Of a stretch of 43,069 bases of DNA, positions 34,638 to 43,069 are shown one piece after another. Source of the DNA: Piedraia hortae CBS 480.64 (lineage: Eukaryota); contig MU005994.1 of assembly GCA_010093745.1 (NCBI GenBank), positions 124,001-167,069 of the forward strand, written 5' to 3'. How positions within the stretch are numbered: position 1 is the first letter of the stretch; each line of letters opens with the position of its first letter. A program made the position numbers and the translations under genes. The notes under the pieces were generated by a model. The model saw nothing but the letters and a program-made list of their open reading frames with translations. It searched no databases and was not told the DNA's origin.

Positions 34638-34938
34638 CTTCGGTGACCTCCTTCTCTTCCTCTTGCAGTCTGTATTCCCTAACTACGCGTCGCGCATACA
34701 ATTTACGCGGTTACCGGGGCGTTGGTTTAGGGTAGCGCCATGGAGGCAGCAAGATGGTCAGCGAAAGGAAAAAGGGACTGAACGCGTCTCCGGCGCGCGT
34801 TCCGGGGGTTACACAGGACAGACTGCAAAAGGGGAAGGAGTGAATGTTCAACGAGCGCCTCGGGCGTTGCTGGACGGCGCGCTGGTGGGTCCAGCCGCAA
34901 GTGGCTGGTGCCACGGCCCGTGCGCTGACAGACGTGCA

Positions 34939-34980
34939 TTAGCCGTGCTTTAGCCATGCTTTAGCCGCGTTTTAGCCGCG
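34939..34980. promoter_or_regulatory. four TTAGCC (GGCTAA) repeats at 11-bp period upstream of KIN4
   Basis: ttagccgtgct ttagccatgct ttagccgcgtt ttagccgcg, about 300 bp upstream of the kinase ATG. Confidence 0.35.
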
Positions 34981-36619
34981 CATCCGAGCCTCCGTCCCTT
35001 TGCTTTGGCCTTGCTTGCTGCCAACCGTCTTCCGTTTATCAGTGGCCTGCATTCTGGGGAAACCGTTCTCTACTGTCGATCATTCTAGTTGCGACCAATC
35101 GTAGAAACACAAAGACTCCACTACAAAAGCGCTGCAAACGCTTACCAAAGACGGCACGCGCGGCAGCAAATGAATGCTGGTGTTCCATCCCAGTCTAGTC
35201 CAAGCACAATGCCGAGCATATGCTCGTGTGGCCCCACCTGCTGCGTCCGAGGCAGCTGTGCCGATCTTTCCCCGTCATCTCCTGTCGTCAACGGTCTGCA
35301 CGGTACAGGCTCGAGCCTGATGAAACGAACGCATGACGACATGGGCAGCTAGCGTGCCGGATGAGATGGTGCGATCTCGCCGAACCTTGAGAAAACGTTG
35401 ATTGCCAGGCCCAATGGTGGGAGACAATCTGTTTCAAGGGTAATCGCACTGCAAATGTTGCAAGGCGAGGTAGGCGAACATCAGTTGGTCAGATCGAATT
35501 TGGACCAGTCTGTAGACCAACTCAGTGACACAAACCGGTACAAATTCGTTCAGCCTACGCTGTAAAGTCCCGACTGCCATGGCTCAATATCAAACGCAGT
35601 CATTGGTCGCGATCGACTGATTATGCGCAAAAGGTTCTGACTTCAAGACTTCAAATGGTGAGTTACTACTTATGCTAGAAGGATAGCTGCTTTGCTCTTT
35701 TGAGTTTATTGAATTATGTGCGCGGCAAGCATACGGCGGAGCCCTCAATTCCCCGAAGAAAAAGAAACGACACTCATTTCCTGCGATGGCGTGACCAACA
35801 TGGCCCTTTTGACCATGATGTGATCCAGTGTGCTCGCGCACACGCAGTGTCCACCGAGGAGCAGCTTCACCGCCCAAGAGATACTGTCCGTTCTGGAAGT
35901 TCGGTAAAAAAAAACCTGGTGGGATCTTCCTGTTCTAGATCCAATGGTGCGACACTGAGCCATATATTAGCACGTCTTAAGATGAACTCTGCCGAACGCT
36001 GTGGCTCGAAACTCCCGGTTGTAGCGCGTATGTCGAATGAGAGGCGAGAGTTGCTCTGTTTGGTAATATTGACCAGGAAATTGTGACCGCGTGTAACAGA
36101 AGCAAGCCCTTGATCCTGATATTTGGCATCTCACCTAGGCAGGACGCGGAGTACGGGCCCTGTAATCTGAATATCGATGCTGTACGTCCTGCAAGTTCCA
36201 GCTTTCTGTCAACCAGGTACACCCGAATGCGCAGCTGCACGCTAGACTACATCTATAACTGTTCAGGATCGTACCACGTTCATCAGTTAGGCTTCTTAAG
36301 CTTTCACTGAGGCCTGCTAAGAGTATTCGTCGGCTTGACTACCTTTTAACTAGCTATCTTGCCTCGGACGTGTCTTGCCGGGCTGGGCAGTTTTAGATGG
36401 CATGTGAGCCTTTTGAAGAAAATCCAGATAGAGCTCAGTGTTTCAATTCCTTCTCATTTTGGCAGGCTCCTGGAGCTGTATCATACTTTTGAGTTGAAAG
36501 ACCAGTCCATGCATAGTATTGGCGGATTAGCCAAGTGTGACAAGGCACACTCACCGGTCAGTGTGGTTTACCAGACCTCAGACTGACCGACGACCCCAGC
36601 TATAACATCCACCTCAGTT

Positions 36620-38216
36620 TCCCCCAGAACACACATGCTCAATGTAAAATGAACTCTTCGATTCGAAGGCAAATCTCCTCGGCCTTGACGCGCTTGGCCT
36701 TCGTCATTCAGTTATAGAGGAGAAATATGAACCCTAACACAGGAAGGGAAGTACGCGGAATCAGATACATATTTATGCTCCATGTGCCGCTCCTGACCGT
36801 GTTTGCAGGTTTTTCCCCGAATTTGTTGACGCTTGAAATGCCAACAATAATCAGTAATAGACTGCTGAACACAATGCCATAGTATGCAAGCCAGGGTTGA
36901 AAGGGAACAGTGTAGCGGAGACGTTTGCAAGATTTTTTCCATTCGAGAATGCGGCAAAAGGACAAGTATGAGACATCCACTCCTATCCTTGATAATGTTA
37001 GTGGTGATGCATTTGATGCACAAGTTTTCCTTGCCAGCATGTTAATGTTGCGACGACAGGGCATTTGAAACATTGGCTTGGACAAGTCGTCGAGAACATT
37101 CAATTTGGAAGCCGCAACCGCAATGCCAGAGGCTGTAGCGAGGACGCCCATATACGGAACACCCCTCTTATCCGTTTTTCCCATCCTTCTTGGGAAACCA
37201 TTTCCGTCTGCAAGACCAAATACAACTCGGGATCCACCATAGAGGCCCGAGTTTGCAGCTGCCAGACTGACAATGACCAATAATATCTGCATCAGTTGAC
37301 GAAGTTTACCAATCCTGACCATGGAGACAGCAGCCAAGAATGGGGAGTCTTTCAAACCCATGCGGTCGTAAGAAACTAGACCACCGAGGATGAACAGGAC
37401 CCGAAAGGTGATTTTGTTTGATCACCGATGGTATTGCTGTGCTAGGACCCTCGTGGGCTTTTCCCAGTGCAATGATAACGAGCTTCGTGCCTTGGTAGGA
37501 GAATCCGGCTACGCCAGAAACAGCGCAGAAGCCGACAAACTTGCCCAAAGCATCATTGTTATCGACTAGCAACGGGGCAAAAGCGCCGGGCCTTACCCGG
37601 GTGTGGAAGGTCGAGAAAATCTCTTCTCTTAAGTGGTTCTCATCATCAGGCCATGCAACAATCCTGTGGTTCACAGCGTCGGCAAAGACACATATGGCAT
37701 GTACCAGGAAGCCGTTTAGTGTCAAGCCTTTGATGGTTGCAAACCCAAGCTCAGCCATACCGTAGGACCTGGTTGGGAGGAAATTGAATATGAGCAATAC
37801 ACGAAAGAAGACTAGGACTGACAGCCCGAACTTTTGCCCAACTCTGTAGAAGGTGGGCCGCCCATTCCAACGCCAAAGGTTAGTGCCCACGGGAGACAAT
37901 AAATCCAGCTCATGGCACCCCCCTAGCAACGGATGTATAAAGCGGGCAACATAGCTCGTAGGCGTTTCACGTCTGGGCATACAAGCCATCATCTCGCCCA
38001 GCGCAACGATCATGCTGTTTACCAACGTCCCAACGAATATGTACGCCAGAAGAGCTCCCGCCGGGCCAGTAACGACCAAAGCCTCTCCTGTGACATAGAA
38101 GAGCCCAGTTCCATGGCGCCGCTAAGCGCAATCGTCTGAATATGACGCGAGCACAGATCCCGCTTCAGACGCCCGGTTGCTTTCTTGGCAGCACTGCGAT
38201 TGTTGTGAGTTGGCAT
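36620..38216 (-). pseudogene. amino acid permease (YAT/APC family) pseudogene
   Basis: Fragments in several frames: LKRDLCSRHIQTIALSG, TGPAGALLAYIFVGTLVNSMIVALGEMM, YGMAELGFATIK, AGFSYQGT, SPF, SLAAANSGLYGGSRVVFGLA, KRGVPYMGV, PFQPWLAYYG. Multiple frameshifts and degenerate conserved motifs. Ends approximate. Confidence 0.85.
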
Positions 38217-39039
38217 CGATCGTTTGAAGAGAGGGGCTGGTAGTAGAACAGTGAAGAAGTGAGAGATTGATTGCGGGAAACGTAGCGTGTATGTGAAACC
38301 ATTTTGTTATCATCAGGCTGAAGCAGGCTGGATGCATGATGCATAAGAGAGCAGACTGACTAAGCAGGTGAGGGGCTTTACTTGAACAATAGTCTCGAAT
38401 GGTCCGTCACAGCGATGGCAACGGCGTACTCCATTCACAGATCATGTTGGTGCGAGGGGATACAAAACTAAGGCAATCCTCCATCACAATGCTAGTCCAG
38501 ATGAGCTTCGGCTTAGAGCTTTACCTCCAGTTGAGGCCTTGAGGAACTGCAAAGGTACGAGCTTTTCTTATCGACTGATACCCTGATACGATACAGGGAG
38601 CAGAATTCTTCGTGTTCACATCCATAGTGAGAGTCGTTCTTGCTGTCTGACAGAACAGTCGAAGATGCTTTTGGTTCGATTACCGTTTGCTCTACAGCAT
38701 GGGCAGATATGTCATCCAATGAGGATACCATTGATGCTATAAACCCAATCCCGAGGATCGAAAACCACATGCACAAAGGCACGTGTGAGACTGGATATAC
38801 TACCGTGGCTTCAGCCAATTAGAAGTGTGGCGCGGAGCTGGGTGTGCCAAGCCACATTTAGAAAATCACGGATGGTCCCGCATTTCGCGCCGCGGCGGAA
38901 ATATTTCCGCGACTGCCTGACCGATTTTACACCACCACTTTCTCTCAGCTCCACACCCCACCAACCATACACATCGCGCGACGCTCATCAAGCCAGCGAT
39001 AAAAACTCCTAGTTCCACGACAGACCCAAATCGTCTAGT

Positions 39040-39775
39040 ATGTCTGGCGAAACCCCCACTTTTAAGCTCGTCCTGGTGGGCGATGGTGGCACGGGAAAGG
39101 CAAGTAGTAGCACCCTCTTGACCACGACATGACTAACAATCATAGACTACCTTCGTTAAGCGCCATTTGACGGGCGAGTTTGAAAAGAAGTACATTGCCA
39201 CTTTGGGTGTGGAGGTCCACCCTCTGGGCTTCAGCACCAACCTCGGGCAGATCCAGTTCGACGTCTGGGACACTGCCGGACAGGAAAAGTTTGGCGGCCT
39301 GCGCGACGGCTACTACATCAACGGCCAATGTGGCATCATCATGTTTGATGTGACGTCGCGCATCACCTACAAGAGCGTGCCCAACTGGCACCGTGACCTC
39401 GTCCGCGTCTGCGAGAACATCCCCATCGTACTGTGTGGCAACAAGGTCGACGTGAAGGAGCGTAAGGTCAAGGCCAAGGCCATCACCTTCCACCGCAAGA
39501 AGAACTTGCAATACTACGACATCTCCGCAAAGAGCAACTACAACTTTGAGAAGCCATTCTTGTGGCTGGCCAGGAAGCTTGTCGGAAATCAATCTCTGGC
39601 GAGTAATATGTTGTTTGCTACGTAACTGGGCTAACTTGTTTAGGAATTTGTCGCCGCACCCGCTCTTGCCCCTCCAGAGGTTCAAGTCGACCAGGCAGAG
39701 CTAGAAAAGATTCAAAAGGAAATGCAAGACGCGGCGAACATGCCGCTGCCAGACGAGGAGGATGCCGATTTGTAG
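39040..39775 (+). CDS. GSP1: Ran GTPase; exons 39040-39099, 39146-39598, 39644-39775
   Basis: [47 protein letters not shown]…[17 protein letters not shown]…NKVD…[18 protein letters not shown]…[10 protein letters not shown]. Introns 39100-39145 (GCAAGT…CTAAC…TAG) and 39599-39643 (GCGAGT…CTAAC…TAG). Confidence 0.97.
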
Positions 39776-40282
39776 ACATCCTTTGCGTAGAACTAGGTAG
39801 AGTAGCGAGGCGCATATCAACGGGCCGTTGTCATGAGTATCAGAAGTTTATGTGGGTATAACGCTGAGTTTTCACCAGCATGTGCGATTTCCATCTGCTC
39901 TACGCTGATTGCAGCAGCACATCGTTCTCTACTGCACAACGCCACTGCAATTCTCTTGATCGTATCTTTGCCATCGTCCAGCAACTTTTGATGATGGGCT
40001 TTTCGAGCCAGCAACAGTTCTTGATGGACTTCAGTCATTTATGAGCAAGTATGAAAATTTTTCTCCGGGATCCCTGGATCGAAGCGAGAAAGAAATGCAC
40101 ATTGAACAGAGAGTACTGAGTGCCAGATGTGCCCTCTGGGGTAATGGTACAATCAAGACTTGGCGTGAACATAGCTTTGAAGGGCTAGATATGAGTAAGA
40201 AGTACAGGTGGCCATAACATGTGCAAACTGTTACACAAACACCCCGCTTCCCATCAACCTGACACACCGTACCTACGAAACA

Positions 40283-41137
40283 ATGTCAAACAACGAATAC
40301 GCTCCACCACCCGGCCCTCCGCCTACTGGCAATCATCAGAAAAGAAGTGACAAAGATGCCCCTCCACCCTACGATCCCTGGCTCGTTGTACCGGATAACG
40401 CCCTTTTGCCACCTCCCCCCGCTTTCAAGAACGAACTCTCTCCAGCAAACAACGCCAGCGAAGATGATGCCGAGCGTGGCCGTATGTGGTGTCTACAGAA
40501 TCCCCTCTGGCCTGCTACCCCCCATAACCAAACCACCCTCTCTCACATTGCACAAAAGGACATCACATTGACCCTGCCGCCGGGAACCCGCGGAATAGAC
40601 CTCACTCGCGACTCCGGTAAAGCATTTATACGCAGCCCGAGGGGCTGCACAGATACACTTCTCCTCTCCGACTTCCCGCTCTACGTTGCTGGTCACTCAC
40701 CCCCGGTATTTGTCTACTACGAAGTTGCAATCATGGCCATCGGGAGAGACAGCGGCATAGCCGTTGGCTTTGCGGCCCCTCCTTATCCACCATTCAGACT
40801 GCCTGGATGGCATAGGGCTTCTCTTGCCGTGCACTCAGACGATGGACATCGCTATATCGATGATCCGTACGGTGGGATAGAATTTACAGCCCCGTTTCAA
40901 AAAGGCGAGACGGTCGGCCTCGGCATGACATTTCAGGCTCAAGGTCGTGTAGAGATCTTTTTCACGAGGAGCGGGAAGCTTGCAGGACAGTGGAATCTAT
41001 ATGAAGAGAGGGATAGGGAGGAAGGTGGGGTTGGTGGACTAGAGGGAAGTAGGGACCTATTGGCCGCCCTGGGCTTGTTCGGGGAGGTCAGATTCGAGGT
41101 TCTCTTCAAACCCGAGCAGTGGATGTACATGCCGTAG
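40283..41137 (+). CDS. SPRY-domain protein (Ssh4/Ear1-like) with PPxY motif
   Basis: First ATG at 40283. Pro-rich N-terminus with APPPY; SPRY-type VYYEV…IAVGFAAPPYPPFRLPGWHRASLAVHSDDGHRY…GETVGLG…FFTRSG. Confidence 0.85.
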   Translation: MSNNEYAPPPGPPPTGNHQKRSDKDAPPPYDPWLVVPDNALLPPPPAFKNELSPANNASEDDAERGRMWCLQNPLWPATPHNQTTLSHIAQKDITLTLPPGTRGIDLTRDSGKAFIRSPRGCTDTLLLSDFPLYVAGHSPPVFVYYEVAIMAIGRDSGIAVGFAAPPYPPFRLPGWHRASLAVHSDDGHRYIDDPYGGIEFTAPFQKGETVGLGMTFQAQGRVEIFFTRSGKLAGQWNLYEERDREEGGVGGLEGSRDLLAALGLFGEVRFEVLFKPEQWMYMP

Positions 41138-41285
41138 CGGTAGATATGTCCCAAAAGTTGTCATCTTACGGATGGCTATGGCGGGGTGGATATCACATGT
41201 AATGTAACACCCCGCACTCGCCCCAAAACGGCAACTGGACGACATCTCCTCCAACCCATCATGTAAACACAAAGGCAGTCTTGTC

Positions 41286-42272
41286 ATGGACGAGGCAGAC
41301 GGAGACAGTCCCAGCACGCAGTTGAAACTCAACGTTTTCCACTCGCTCGTTGATTCCCTCGCCATTCGGCGTCCCATCCTGCATCATCTGAACGCCGACT
41401 CCTCCTGGCTCCTCCAGCTCCCCGTTCCAACCAGCGCCCTCCTCAACGGCTCACGAGGGTACTACAACATCCTCCTTGACCCCTGGCTCTCCGGTCGCTC
41501 AACCACTCCCTGGCTTAACACTCAGGAACACATCATTCCCAGCGCCATTCAGACCATCTCCGAACTCGAAGAACTCGCCCGTGAAGTTGACCTCCTCACC
41601 CCCAGACCCGCCCCTCGCCGTCGCAGCCACCTCTTCCGCGATGACGCCGGCACCTTCCTCGATGCCGTCATCATCAGTCACGCATCTCCCGACCACTGCC
41701 ACAAGCCCACCCTCCTCCACATCGACCGTAACGTCCCCATCTTCGCCTCCCCACCCGCAGTCCAGCTCATAACCTCATGGAACCACTTCCGCACCATCAT
41801 TTCCATCCCTGGTGCCGAAGACGAAGACTGGAAATCCTACTCCCTCCCACCACTCCCCGAATGGATCGGAATCGCCCGCTTCGCGCCGACAGGGGACCAC
41901 CATTCCGCCATCGCGGTCTTCTTCAACAACCGCTGCTGCGAGATGGATGAGGAGGAGTGTGAAGCTGTGTTCTATACCCCGCACGGGATTTCCGCGTCGT
42001 GTTTGGATTATCTTGGGGATTTAAGGCCGAGGGTGCATATTCTTGCGTTGCTGCATGGGGTAGATAAGGTGGGGTTTGGACCCGTCACGGTTCAGCTTGG
42101 AATGGGGAATGGAGGGCTGCTTCGCGAGGTGTTGGGCGCGAAGTATTGGGTTCCGACGCATGATGGGGGTAAGATTGAAAGCAGGTGGTTGAGGTGGTTG
42201 GGGTGGAGGGTTCGGGGGGATGCGAAGGGTGTGACGCACGTGGGGAATGGGGAGAGTTTGGTTTTGAAGTGA
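41286..42272 (+). CDS. metallo-beta-lactamase-fold protein (fungal uncharacterised family)
   Basis: 328-aa ORF with HLNADSSWL, NILLDPWL, AVIISHASPDHCHKPTL (HxxxDH), FYTPHG, LLHG, KYWVPTHD. Confidence 0.75.
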   Translation: MDEADGDSPSTQLKLNVFHSLVDSLAIRRPILHHLNADSSWLLQLPVPTSALLNGSRGYYNILLDPWLSGRSTTPWLNTQEHIIPSAIQTISELEELAREVDLLTPRPAPRRRSHLFRDDAGTFLDAVIISHASPDHCHKPTLLHIDRNVPIFASPPAVQLITSWNHFRTIISIPGAEDEDWKSYSLPPLPEWIGIARFAPTGDHHSAIAVFFNNRCCEMDEEECEAVFYTPHGISASCLDYLGDLRPRVHILALLHGVDKVGFGPVTVQLGMGNGGLLREVLGAKYWVPTHDGGKIESRWLRWLGWRVRGDAKGVTHVGNGESLVLK

Positions 42273-43069
42273 ATTCTGTGTGGTCCAAGGGGTATTTCGG
42301 TTTGTAGTGGAACTTTGTGGAGCAAAGCTTGTGGGACTTGGGGGTTTGAGGGTTTGTTGGGTGTGTACAAGCACAGGAGGTGTGGGGTGTTTGGTGATAG
42401 AGACGGTTCTGGTTGCTGTAGCTTGTAGAATGCTGCTCGCGAGTACTCGGTTGAGATTTGACGAGAGTTACATGCGTTTCCCATATTGAACTTTCCTATC
42501 CTGACACATCTTACATGCAGGTGCGGACTTTGGGAGATCTTAGCAGTCACGTTGGTATGTTCAAGAGAGCGACAGCTGAATGTTTAGGTGAGACAATTGC
42601 AATGACGCCTCACTGATTATCCTCCTGGGCATTCTCCTTGGCATCAGAGCCAAACGAGTGTTATAACAATAATGATGGTGTCTTGAAAGGAGTATTGAAA
42701 TTCCCTTCCACAGCGAATACCAATGTTAAAATTTCAAAGAAAAGCCAGTTCTCCTTTGTTTCTTGTTCTTCTGAAAGACCTGGTTTATCCGTAGCCTCAA
42801 CAATGGCCAGGAAGCATGTGAAACGGGAATGTCGAAGTTGAAAACCCGACTACGTTCAAGACCCGCTTGGTTGAGGCGTTGATTTCTGGTTACTTGATCA
42901 CGAAAAGAAAGCTATTAGGCTGTGATGATGTTTTCTCGTGATATGATACATGGGTGTGTCTAGATACGCTAGCACGGTAGGCCCTGAGTATTATAATTGT
43001 GAGCAGATGTGTACCTGCATACAAATCTCTACGGAAAACTAGTTGACGCGTGAAGTCGAGAGCCGAGCG

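Noticed and set aside
38513..38818. 101-aa minus-strand ORF with a hydrophobic stretch
   Set aside because: Non-ATG start, no recognisable family, and it lies in the Ran upstream region.
39140..39685. 181-aa antisense ORF over Ran, and similar long antisense ORFs over PAH1, KIN4 and the FN3 gene
   Set aside because: Typical shadows of GC3-biased coding sequence; no independent motifs.
42922..42987. Possible C/D box snoRNA (GTGATGA … CTGA)
   Set aside because: No terminal stem, no clear D'/C' boxes, and only a short imperfect rRNA complement; expected by chance.
1..43069. CRISPR arrays, tRNA/rRNA genes, secondary-metabolite cluster, Starship or intact transposase
   Set aside because: No spaced direct repeats, cloverleaf/rRNA signatures, PKS/NRPS, tyrosine recombinase, RT or DDE domains were recognisable by eye.

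Overview
Eukaryotic DNA from a filamentous ascomycete (Pezizomycotina; the protein style suggests a Dothideomycete, which is inference). The genome is very compact: most introns are 42-54 nt with CTRAC branch points, and intergenic gaps are often 130-300 bp. Dense blocks of intact housekeeping genes comprise a DUF1479/Gig2-like oxygenase, an FN3 coiled-coil protein, lipin PAH1, CMC1, U5-40K WD40, BET3, Som1/Flo8-type LisH factor, purine nucleoside permease, BAP31, DUS3, a small SMP-like protein, a BED-finger protein, Sfr1/Mei5, Kin4 kinase, Ran/GSP1, a SPRY protein and a metallo-beta-lactamase-fold protein. These blocks alternate with decaying blocks that hold recognisable pseudogenes (MATA-type HMG box, RTA1, amino-acid permease) and unassignable coding remnants. 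I found no clear-cut new multi-gene system. The best leads are: (i) a dispersed, degenerate GAGGAAAAACC-core repeat arranged as inward-facing inverted pairs, like an unrecognised TIR/MITE family; (ii) an intact gene that looks like a domesticated hAT transposase N-terminus, head-to-head with Sfr1; (iii) a Ran gene in which both introns use GC donors; (iv) a relict mating-type-like HMG gene; (v) an unusually long, hairpin-containing CMC1 intron. All calls are by eye, with no database searches.
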